DNA of 64,000 nt from an uncultured Clostridia bacterium. GTDB taxonomy: Bacteria; Bacillota; Clostridia; Christensenellales; UBA1242. The DNA is taken from positions 21,232 to 85,231 of the forward strand of contig CAKVMD010000001.1 in the NCBI GenBank assembly GCA_934771475.1, written 5' to 3'. Positions 1 through 8,017 of the stretch are shown one piece after another; the first letter of the stretch is position 1, and each line of letters starts with the position of its first letter. The notes under the pieces were generated by a model that saw only the letters and a list, made by a program, of their open reading frames with translations, was not told the DNA's origin and searched no databases. The translations under genes were made by a program, and so were the position numbers.

Positions 1-2
1 AT

Positions 3-887
3 GATTTTATCGCAAGAAAGCGCAAAGAGGGTGAACATTATAATTTTATGTACATTTTGATGGCGGCTGTGGCAAGAGTTCTGTATTCAAAGCCAAGACT
101 TAACCGCTTTATTATGCGCGGAACAGTTTACCAAAGAAATTATATTTCTATTTCCATGGATGTTAAGAAAAAACTTGTTGAAGATGGTGAGCAAATGACT
201 CTCAAATTCTATTTTACAGGAAGAGAAAGCTTGCCAGAAATTAAAAACATTGTTGAAACAGAGATTAACAAAAATCTTGATGTTAAAGCGGTTGATAGCA
301 CAACAAAAGTGGCAGGTAAATTTTGCAAATTGCCAGACTTTTTGTTTAGATGGGCTCTTGGGCTCGCAAGATGGGCGGACAGGCATGGGTTACTAAGTAA
401 AAAACTTATCAATGCAAGTCCTTTCCACACAAGTTGCTTTATCACAAACCTTAAATCTATCAAACTTGGTCATATTTTCCATCACCTTTATAATTTTGGA
501 ACAACAACCATGTTTATAAGTTTAGGTAAAGAGAAAATGGAGCCTTGGGTTGAGAATAACAAGGATCTAAAAGTTAAAAAAATACTTACGTTGGGCGTTT
601 CTCTTGACGAGCGTGTTGCAGACGGATTATATCTTGGGCAGTGTTTGAGAATGATGCAAGATTTGCTTGCAAATCCAGAACTTTTGATGACTCCATTGCC
701 AGACGATGGTACTGTTCCAAAGTGGCTTATAACAAAACCTAAAAAGAAGAAAAAAACGAAAGAGAAAAAAGAAAAACCATTAAAAGAGAAAAAAGTTAAA
801 GAAAAGAAACCTAAAAAAATCAAACCATTAAAAAACAAACAAAAGCATGAGGCAAAATTAAATAAAAAGAACAAAACGGAAGAATAA
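3..887 (+). CDS. 2-oxoacid dehydrogenase E2-type acyltransferase catalytic-domain homolog (5' end outside window) with Lys-rich C-terminal tail
   Basis: The frame stays open to the window edge upstream of the tracked ATG at 48. The C-terminal core aligns with the E2 signature DHRxxDG but reads DERVADG. The last ~55 aa are K/E/P-rich. Confidence 0.6.
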   Translation, partial: DFIARKRKEGEHYNFMYILMAAVARVLYSKPRLNRFIMRGTVYQRNYISISMDVKKKLVEDGEQMTLKFYFTGRESLPEIKNIVETEINKNLDVKAVDSTTKVAGKFCKLPDFLFRWALGLARWADRHGLLSKKLINASPFHTSCFITNLKSIKLGHIFHHLYNFGTTTMFISLGKEKMEPWVENNKDLKVKKILTLGVSLDERVADGLYLGQCLRMMQDLLANPELLMTPLPDDGTVPKWLITKPKKKKKTKEKKEKPLKEKKVKEKKPKKIKPLKNKQKHEAKLNKKNKTEE

Positions 888-900
888 GTAGAGGTGAAGA

Positions 901-1206
901 GTGAAAAAAATTTTAAACTACATTATTGCCATTGCCACCATTATCTACATAGGATTTTTGTGCTATTTTAATATTACAAAAGGCGCTTTCGCTGTTTCTG
1001 GCGATATTATTGTTAATATTGCCTTTTATGGCGGGTGTGCAATCGCGATTGTAAGTGCAATTTTAAATATAATCGGTATGCCTTTTCAAAGTATATTTTT
1101 GATTATATTAACTGTTTTTGTTGTGGTTTTTGTGTTAACAATGATTATTCCTGACTGGTTTAGAGGACTTTTTGGAATTGAAAAAGGTGCATTTATCCAT
1201 TTCTAA
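901..1206 (+). CDS. small hydrophobic membrane protein (about 3 TM), unknown function
   Basis: GTG start preceded by GAGGTG. The 101-aa product is almost entirely hydrophobic helices. Confidence 0.5.
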   Translation: MKKILNYIIAIATIIYIGFLCYFNITKGAFAVSGDIIVNIAFYGGCAIAIVSAILNIIGMPFQSIFLIILTVFVVVFVLTMIIPDWFRGLFGIEKGAFIHF

Positions 1207-1305
1207 TTTAACTTGTTTTTAAGGCAGAGTTTATTAAATTAAGTGAACTTATTTTATTAAAAAGGGCTTAATTATTAAAATTTAGGCAATAACTAGGGAG
1301 GCGCA

Positions 1306-3804
1306 ATGAGTAAATTTTTGATTGTTGACGGAAATAGTATCGCGTACAGGGCATATTTTGCTCTGCCTTTTTTGTCTAATCATGAAGGAAAACCCTCGGG
1401 AGCAATTTATGGTTTTGCGAATATTTTGATTAAACTTTTAGAACAAACAAGACCTGACTATGTGGTTGTTGCTTTTGATCATGCAAGGAAAACATTTAGA
1501 AACGATATTTATCCTGAGTACAAAATGCAAAGAAAGCCAACTCCGGAGGAATTATTAACCCAACTTCCAGTTATAAGAGAAATGACAGCACTAATGGGCA
1601 TAAAGGTTATTGAATCAGCAGGAATTGAAGCGGACGATATTATCGGCACGACAAGTAAACTTTTTGAGGGGGAAAAGATAATTTTGTCGGGAGACCGCGA
1701 CCTTTTACAACTAATAGACAAAGATACAACAGTTTGGCTTACCAAAAAAGGAATAACTGAGGTTGATAAAGTCGATGAACCTAGGCTAAAAGAACTTTTT
1801 GGGCTTAAACCTTTTCAAATTGTTCATTTAAAAGCGCTAATGGGCGATGCGTCAGATAATATCCCTGGTGTAAAAGGCGTAGGTGAGAAAACTGCGCTTT
1901 CATTGCTGGAAAAATACGAAACCGTTGATAATCTTTACGACAATATTGATAATGAACATGGGAAAATCAAAGAAAAACTTTTAACTGATAAAGAAATGGC
2001 GTTTATATCAAAGACGCTTGCAACCATAAAACGCGACTGCGATATTGATTTTAATATTGAAGATGCCAAATTTTCTTTCCCTTTAAGTCAAAAAGCCTAT
2101 GAGTTTTTTAAAAATTATGATTTTACTTCTATTATTAAAAACTCAAACATATTTGAACAGTCGTCTGAAAAAAAAGAAGAAAAAAAAGTAAAAAGATTAT
2201 CTCTTGACGGGGAAATCTTAAATAAGATGAGCAAATTAACAAGCGGTGAATTTTTTTACGATTTGCAATCATTAGAATTTCTTTTTGACGGGAATATTTA
2301 CTTTTTAGAGCAAAATTATGGTATGTTTGAAGATGGACTTTCTATAAATGAAATCCTTGAAAAATTAAAAAATGTTTTTGAAAATAAAGACATATTAAAA
2401 GTTACTCCAAACGCGAAGTTTGATATGGGTATTCTAGGAGAAGCAGGTATTAATCTGGTTAATTATTATGACATTACTTTGTCCGAATATATAGCGAGAG
2501 GCGCGCTTAAAAGTGCAATTAAACAACCTAAACTTGAAGATGCGGTTAAATTAAAAGAAAGTTGTGATGAAGAATTAAAAAAACACGAACTTAAAGATGT
2601 TTTTTATTCAATAGAAATTCCGCTTGTCAAAATTCTTTTTGATATGGAAGAAGCGGGCTTTAAAATAGATAAGGACAAATTAGATATCTTATCAAAGGAG
2701 TTTGAAGATAAACTGAAAAGTCTTGAATGTGAAATCTTTTTAGAAACTGGGGCAGAGTTTAACATTAATTCTCCTAAACAAGTTGCAGAAGTGTTATTTG
2801 ATAAACTTGGTATCACAGCGTACAACAACAAAAAGCGCTCGACAAACGCAAATGTGCTTGATGAACTTCGATATATTCCGGTAGTTGACAAAATTTTAAA
2901 TTATAGAAAGTATTCCAAATTGAAAAACACTTATATTGATGTTTATGGCAAATTGATTTCAAATGGTGAAAGCGTTTTGCATACAACATTTAATCAAACC
3001 CAAACAAGTACGGGTAGGCTTTCAAGCAGTGAACCAAACCTTCAAAACATTCCAACTCGTGATGATGAAGGCAAGGTTTTGAGAAAAATTTTTGTGTCAA
3101 AATTTAAAAATGGTAAGATAATCTCAGCCGATTATAATCAAATTGAGTTGCGTCTTCTTGCTGATATGTCAGGAGAAAAGAAACTTATAGAGGCTTATAA
3201 AAACGGGGTGGATATTCACAGAAAAACGGCAAGTGATATTTTTGGCGTTCCGATTGATGAAGTTACAGATGCAGAAAGGCGCGAAGCAAAAGCGGTCAAT
3301 TTTGGCATTATATATGGAATTAGCGATTACGGACTAAGCCAAAATATTAAGTCTACACGGAAAAAAGCAAAAGATTATATTGAGTCATACTTTTTTCGAT
3401 ATCCACTCGTTAAAAAATTTATGGATGACAATGTTCAGTTTGCAAAAGACCATGGTTACGCCATTACAAAATTTGGCAGAATAAGATACATTCCAGAAAT
3501 TTCCTCGTCAAAATTTCCTATTCGCTCATTTGGCGAAAGAGTGGCAATGAACATGCCACTTCAAGGCACAGCGAGCGACATAATTAAACTTGCAATGATA
3601 CACGTTGCGCAAAGAATTGAAAAGGAAAAATTAAAAAGTCAATTAATTTTGCAAATACATGACGAACTTATTGTCGACACTTACCCCGGAGAAGAAAGTA
3701 AAGTGGAAACGCTCTTACGGGAAGAAATGGAAAATGTTGCAAAACTTAAAGTCCCACTGATTGTATCGGTTGGTGAGGGCGAAAGTCTATATGATTGCAA
3801 ATAA
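1306..3804 (+). CDS. polA: DNA polymerase I
   Basis: 832 aa. N-terminal 5'-nuclease domain (LIVDGNSIAYRAYFA), pol A motifs DYNQIELRLLA and QIHDELI, RBS GGGAGG. Confidence 0.95.
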   Translation: MSKFLIVDGNSIAYRAYFALPFLSNHEGKPSGAIYGFANILIKLLEQTRPDYVVVAFDHARKTFRNDIYPEYKMQRKPTPEELLTQLPVIREMTALMGIKVIESAGIEADDIIGTTSKLFEGEKIILSGDRDLLQLIDKDTTVWLTKKGITEVDKVDEPRLKELFGLKPFQIVHLKALMGDASDNIPGVKGVGEKTALSLLEKYETVDNLYDNIDNEHGKIKEKLLTDKEMAFISKTLATIKRDCDIDFNIEDAKFSFPLSQKAYEFFKNYDFTSIIKNSNIFEQSSEKKEEKKVKRLSLDGEILNKMSKLTSGEFFYDLQSLEFLFDGNIYFLEQNYGMFEDGLSINEILEKLKNVFENKDILKVTPNAKFDMGILGEAGINLVNYYDITLSEYIARGALKSAIKQPKLEDAVKLKESCDEELKKHELKDVFYSIEIPLVKILFDMEEAGFKIDKDKLDILSKEFEDKLKSLECEIFLETGAEFNINSPKQVAEVLFDKLGITAYNNKKRSTNANVLDELRYIPVVDKILNYRKYSKLKNTYIDVYGKLISNGESVLHTTFNQTQTSTGRLSSSEPNLQNIPTRDDEGKVLRKIFVSKFKNGKIISADYNQIELRLLADMSGEKKLIEAYKNGVDIHRKTASDIFGVPIDEVTDAERREAKAVNFGIIYGISDYGLSQNIKSTRKKAKDYIESYFFRYPLVKKFMDDNVQFAKDHGYAITKFGRIRYIPEISSSKFPIRSFGERVAMNMPLQGTASDIIKLAMIHVAQRIEKEKLKSQLILQIHDELIVDTYPGEESKVETLLREEMENVAKLKVPLIVSVGEGESLYDCK

Positions 3805-3821
3805 AGTTACCAAGGAGAAAC

Positions 3822-4489
3822 ATGAAAACTAAGGCAATTATCTTTGATTTTGACGGCACTTTAACCAAACCGCATCGTTTGCCCAATAGTTGGGCGAGGG
3901 TTTGGGATAGATAGGCTGTCAAGACATTGATGATATATATTATAAAAAATACCTAGATGGAGAAATTTCATACACGCGTTGGCTTGACCTTTGCTATGAT
4001 TGCTTTAAAGAAAACAAAGTTAATGAAAAAGATTTTGTAGAAATATCTAACGAAATCGAACTCGTTGACAATTTGGAAGAGTATTTTAGATTTTTGAACG
4101 AAAATAACATAAAGATTTACATTTTATCAGGCGGAGTGGGTAATATTATTGAAGAAAAAACCGCTCAATTAAAGAAATATATCACCTCAATAGAGGCAGA
4201 TAAATTTTTGATTGATGAAGACGGGTATCTTTGTGGAGTTGAAGCGAGCGAAAGCAGAATTGAAACCAAGTCGCACTTTGTTAGGTCTTTGATGGAAAGT
4301 CTAGGTTTAAATTGCGATGAAGTGGTATTTGTTGGAAATGGTGCCAACGATGAAGAGGTATATACAAGCGGAGTTAAAACTATTTGTATAAATCCTGATG
4401 ATAACGCTCATCCAACTAATAAGACTTTTTGGACTGAATATCTTGAAGACAGTCTAGATATAATGAAAACATTGAACTTTATAGAGTAA
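3822..4489 (+). pseudogene. HAD-superfamily hydrolase (phosphatase-like) interrupted by a frameshift near 3912
   Basis: The N-terminal fragment MKTKAIIFDFDGTLT (DxDxT motif) stops at TAG 3912-3914. The reading frame continues one frame over from 3911 (IGCQDIDD...) through the tracked ORF 4073-4489, which carries the GNGANDEE motif. Confidence 0.6.
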
Positions 4490-4547
4490 ACTATTTAAAT
4501 CGTTTGACAAAAATTATTTATTTAAGTTATACTAAAATTGTGGAGAT

Positions 4548-4970
4548 ATGATGACGCAACATAGGAAAATGGGCATTGATTACGGAGATGTGCGCATAGG
4601 CATAGCAATGACTGATGCTTTGTGTATTATTTCAAGCCCCTTTGAAGTCTATAAAAATAAGGGAGAAGAAGACGCACTAAATCATATTGTAGACCTTGTT
4701 CACAAGTACAATATTGACGGAATCGCGATGGGACTTCCTATAAATATGGACGGAACAGAGGGTGAAAGAGCCCAAATTCATAGAGCATTCGGTGAAAAAC
4801 TAGAAAAAATTACAGGCGTGAAGGTAACTTTTATCGATGAGCGCTTAACCTCGGCCGAGGCAGAAGAAATCTTGATTTCGAGTGGGGTTCGAAGGGAAAA
4901 GCGTAAGGAACTTATTGATAAAATATCCGCGCAGATAATTTTGCAGTCTTATATCGACAATTTTCATTAA
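4548..4970 (+). CDS. ruvX: Holliday-junction-resolvase-like putative pre-16S rRNA nuclease YqgF/RuvX
   Basis: The GIDYGDVRIGIAMTD N-terminus is typical of the YqgF family. Followed by DUF1292 as in B. subtilis yrrK-yrzB. The true start may be 4551 or 4569. Confidence 0.85.
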   Translation: MMTQHRKMGIDYGDVRIGIAMTDALCIISSPFEVYKNKGEEDALNHIVDLVHKYNIDGIAMGLPINMDGTEGERAQIHRAFGEKLEKITGVKVTFIDERLTSAEAEEILISSGVRREKRKELIDKISAQIILQSYIDNFH

Positions 4971-5129
4971 CAGAAGTCTTGTTTGAAAGATACTTGTAAA
5001 AATGAGTGTGTTTTCAAATTCTACTGATGTTTACTCACATTGTGGTGCCGCTATATAAGCGGAATTACTTTGGCAAAAAGGTTTGTAAATAAAACCTTGG
5101 TTGCATATTTTTTAAAAGGGGATTTAATT

Positions 5130-5576
5130 ATGGCAGACGAACAAAAAATGGAAGAAGTAGACCTTCTTGATGTACTTTTAGATGAAAATAACAAAGAGCC
5201 TATCGTTTTTATGGACGAAACAGGCAAAAAACTTGCTTTTGAACAAGTTGCGGTTATTCCTTACGATGTAAGAAAAGAAACTAGATTGTATTGCGTTTTG
5301 AAACCAATCGATAAAATTGATGGAATCAATGATGACGAAGCAATCGTTTTCCTTGTTGACACTGATGAAGATGGCAACAGCGTAATCAAAGTCGAAGAAG
5401 ATGAAGAAATTGCAATCGCAGTTTTTGACAAATACTATGACCTTCTTGAAGAAGCTCAAAAAGCAGAAAGAAAAACTACAAGAAAGACAACAAAAACCGC
5501 AGAAAAGAAACCAGCAGAGAAAAAATCAACAGAAAAGAAACCAGCAACTAAAAAAGCTGGCAAAAAAGCAGAGTAA
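5130..5576 (+). CDS. DUF1292 (YrzB-like) protein with KKPAEKK-type Lys-rich tail
   Basis: ATG at 5130 follows AAAGGGGA. The acidic core (IVFMDETGKKLAFEQV...DEAIVFLVDTDEDG) matches the DUF1292 pattern. Synteny with ruvX. Confidence 0.75.
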   Translation: MADEQKMEEVDLLDVLLDENNKEPIVFMDETGKKLAFEQVAVIPYDVRKETRLYCVLKPIDKIDGINDDEAIVFLVDTDEDGNSVIKVEEDEEIAIAVFDKYYDLLEEAQKAERKTTRKTTKTAEKKPAEKKSTEKKPATKKAGKKAE

Positions 5577-5589
5577 AGTATTTTAAAAT

Positions 5590-5630
5590 AGACCTTTTGC
5601 CCAAGTTTAAGGGTGAGAGGTCTTTTTTTT
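5590..5630 (+). terminator. rho-independent terminator after the DUF1292 gene
   Basis: AGACCT...AGGTCT outer stem with inner CCC/GGG pairing, followed by T8. Confidence 0.55.
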
Positions 5631-5826
5631 GCCTAACGAATATTAACCTCAGATATTGCTTAACAAACTAAAAAAGATTGTTTAAATTGCTTATTAAGGT
5701 GTTCAAATTTGTTATCCCAAAAATGGCTTTGAATTTGATAAAAGAAAGTATGTTTCAATGTATACTATCACAACTTTTGAGCAAACTATTTTTAGCAAGT
5801 AAAACTTGCAAATAGGAGGGAAAGCA

Positions 5827-6009
5827 ATGCTTGGGAAGAATTCTAAATTAGGCAAGAAAGAAACAAGAAAAACTGCCAAAAGAAGTAATGTAGAAGCTTC
5901 TAGAGAACTTAAAACATGCAAATCATGTGATTCTAGAAACTGTGATTCAAGAAATTGTTCAAGCAAAACAAACGCTTGTACAAGAAATTGCACAAGAAAC
6001 TGTAAATAG
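5827..6009 (+). CDS. small basic Cys-rich protein with tandem CDSRN/CTRN repeats (60 aa), unknown function
   Basis: Strong RBS ATAGGAGGG 6 nt before ATG 5827, and its own terminator. Repeat units differ only by synonymous changes (tgtgattctagaaac/tgtgattcaagaaat; tgtacaagaaat/tgcacaagaaac). Confidence 0.55.
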   Translation: MLGKNSKLGKKETRKTAKRSNVEASRELKTCKSCDSRNCDSRNCSSKTNACTRNCTRNCK

Positions 6010-6016
6010 TTTCAAC

Positions 6017-6052
6017 AAAAAAGATATGCTCATTTTTGCATATCTTTTTTTT
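6017..6052. terminator. bidirectional rho-independent terminator between convergent genes
   Basis: AAGATATGC-loop-GCATATCTT 9-bp stem flanked by an A-run on one side and a T-run on the other. Confidence 0.7.
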
Positions 6053-6099
6053 CGTTTTGGTTGATTTAGTTATTACTTTTTATCTATAAAATTAAAATA

Positions 6100-6843
6100 T
6101 TATAGTTTTGAGAAAGTCAATGTGATTGTTTTTGAGGAATTTTCACCATAGGTGCCCGTCATGGTGAAGTTACTTGATGTTATTTCACTTTCAGAAGCAT
6201 TTTTAAAATCGCAATTTTTAGATAAAGCAGTAGTGAAACTTGCATAGTAAACATTTGTGCTTGTGTTTGTTGTGGCGGTGATTTTTGCGCTAAAACGATA
6301 AGTTATATCTTGTCCTAGTTTACCGAAATAGTATACCTTGTTTGTAGTAATAGGGGTTTCTGTGCCAGATGCCAAACCATTTGGAAGAACAATGCTGTTA
6401 CCTGTTTGTTCGTCTAGGATATCTTGTCTTGTCCAAGTTATTTCTAGGCTTGAAACTATTTCATCTGTCTTTACGCTTGTTAGGGTTGCATACAACATAT
6501 TTTGATAATTATCGCCATCTCTAAAAATTGCGGTGTAAGCGCCGGCTGTATCTTTTCCGTAAACTAGTGTTAGGGAAGAGGCTTTTTCATTATCGCCACT
6601 AACAATTTCTTGGTTGTTTTTCACCCAGCATACAAAAGAGCCACTTCTTTCCTTCGCTTTTAGTGTAATTAAAGTGCCTTCAATTTTTTCATTATTATTG
6701 TCCATTCCTTCGACAACTCCAAGAAGTGTGTCGCTTGACGATGCCGTGATAAGATAATTTGATTTAATAGTGCAAGCAAACATAACTGTGCAAGGAATTA
6801 AACATAATAGAAGTGCTAGACCCAAAAATCTGATTTTCTTCAT
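6100..6843 (-). CDS. putative lipoprotein with an InlB B-repeat-like (Flg_new_2-like) beta domain
   Basis: Signal peptide with lipobox-like VMFAC. The segment GVVEG...GTLITLKAKERSGSFVCWVKNNQ resembles bacterial B-repeat domains. It is the only minus-strand gene in the first 52 kb. Confidence 0.55.
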   Translation of the reverse strand: MKKIRFLGLALLLCLIPCTVMFACTIKSNYLITASSSDTLLGVVEGMDNNNEKIEGTLITLKAKERSGSFVCWVKNNQEIVSGDNEKASSLTLVYGKDTAGAYTAIFRDGDNYQNMLYATLTSVKTDEIVSSLEITWTRQDILDEQTGNSIVLPNGLASGTETPITTNKVYYFGKLGQDITYRFSAKITATTNTSTNVYYASFTTALSKNCDFKNASESEITSSNFTMTGTYGENSSKTITLTFSKL

Positions 6844-6967
6844 AAATTTACCTCTTTTATTTTATTATCTTTATTTTTCGCTTTTTTGTCAAATTATTTA
6901 TCTCAAATTTTATTTTTGATGAGTATTTTTTCTATCCTTGCATAGAATATGCTTGAAAGGAGTGGAC

Positions 6968-7732
6968 ATGTGGGAATACAGCCTCAATATTAAAGAAGAA
7001 AATAAGGCTCTGGCAAGTTTTGTTTACAATTCCATGTCGAAATTTGTAGAAAATAATCGTGGAGTGGTTACAAGCCACGAGGAAAATGGATATATAAAAG
7101 TTTTGATTGCTGTAAAAAGCTATTTTGTTGACCAAATAAAGAGCGAAGTTGCAAGCCTTATTATTGACGCAATTTGCTACAACTTTAAAGAGCGTTTTCT
7201 TGACCGATTTCTTATTCTTCGCGGGTTGGATGAAATGGGAATGGGAGCATTTAAAAAAGCACTTTTAAATTTTGACAAGGAAACCGACCGATTTATGGTT
7301 AAAAAGGCCCTTATTTTGGATGGCGAACTATATCTTGAATCCTTTTTTGATTTCAGACTTAAATCTTTGCAAAACAAGTGGCAAGAACTAGTTGATTTAT
7401 CAAATGAAAACAGAGAATTTCTTTTGTCGAGTGAAAGTTTTATAGATTTGTTAAAATTTTTAGTCGATAATTTAGATATATGCGAAGATGAAATCAGCAT
7501 TTTTAAAGAAAACGGGGAGTACAAAATCTTTTTGAACGGAGAAAACATCTCAATTAGCCCTGTCAGTGAAGATAATATTGTCTCATCAGTTATTGACCTT
7601 TCACCGCAAAAGATAAATTTATACTTCAAAGAGTCAAGCAAAGCCATATTTTTGCTAGAAAAAATCTATGAGGAGCGAATTACGGTCAATAAACCTGCAT
7701 ACAATGTTCAAAAAATTACTGGGAGAGCGTAA
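6968..7732 (+). CDS. ytxC: putative sporulation protein YtxC-like
   Basis: ATG 6968 follows AAAGGAGTGG. Lies immediately upstream of thrS as ytxC does in Bacilli and Clostridia. Family assignment is from synteny and overall pattern only. Confidence 0.5.
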   Translation: MWEYSLNIKEENKALASFVYNSMSKFVENNRGVVTSHEENGYIKVLIAVKSYFVDQIKSEVASLIIDAICYNFKERFLDRFLILRGLDEMGMGAFKKALLNFDKETDRFMVKKALILDGELYLESFFDFRLKSLQNKWQELVDLSNENREFLLSSESFIDLLKFLVDNLDICEDEISIFKENGEYKIFLNGENISISPVSEDNIVSSVIDLSPQKINLYFKESSKAIFLLEKIYEERITVNKPAYNVQKITGRA

Positions 7733-7749
7733 AATATTTATTAAATCAG

Positions 7750-7778
7750 TTGACAACAGGAACTTTTAAGAGTAAAAT
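7750..7778 (+). promoter_or_regulatory. sigma-A-type promoter for the thrS leader
   Basis: TTGACA-17 nt-TAAAAT. Confidence 0.6.
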
Positions 7779-7784
7779 GGTCTT

Positions 7785-7990
7785 AAACTTGGAGCGGAAG
7801 ACAAGTAGGAACATTTGATGCGTCCAGAGAAAGATTGGTTGGTGAAAAATCTTGGCTAAAATGTGAACCGAAACCACTTGCGCAGAGAAAAGTTCTCAAA
7901 TGAGTGGCACAATATGTGCAAATAAGGTGGAACCGCGGTCTAAAACATCGTCCTTAAATACAAGGAAACTTGTCTTTAAGGATTTTTTGT
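7785..7990 (+). promoter_or_regulatory. T-box riboswitch leader (threonine, candidate specifier ACC at 7873-7875) with terminator
   Basis: Has an AGAGA box and the T-box sequence AAATAAGGTGGAACCGCGG (7920-7938). The terminator TCCTTAAA...TTTAAGGA is followed by T6 (7951-7989), directly upstream of thrS. Confidence 0.85.
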
Positions 7991-8017
7991 TTTAAGGGCA
8001 AGAAAAAGGAGGAAATT

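Noticed and set aside
87-874. Three minus-strand ORFs (87-386, 209-463, 488-874) overlapping the first gene.
   Set aside because: They are antisense to a well-supported E2-like coding frame, have no RBS, and their products are low-complexity mirror images (poly-F/L opposite poly-K).
5178-5586. ORFs 5178-5459 (-) and 5401-5586 (+) overlapping the DUF1292 gene.
   Set aside because: These are alternative-frame or antisense readings of an acidic/Lys-rich gene. They have no start signals, and their composition is an artefact of the repeat-like coding strand.
5712-5993. 93-aa minus-strand ORF opposite the Cys-rich peptide gene.
   Set aside because: The plus-strand ORF has a strong RBS, synonymous-only repeat differences and a terminator. 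The minus ORF has none of these.
6925-6967. CATAGAATA upstream of ytxC resembling sigma-K/sigma-E -10 elements.
   Set aside because: No acceptable -35 lies at the required spacing, and the match is too short in AT-rich DNA.
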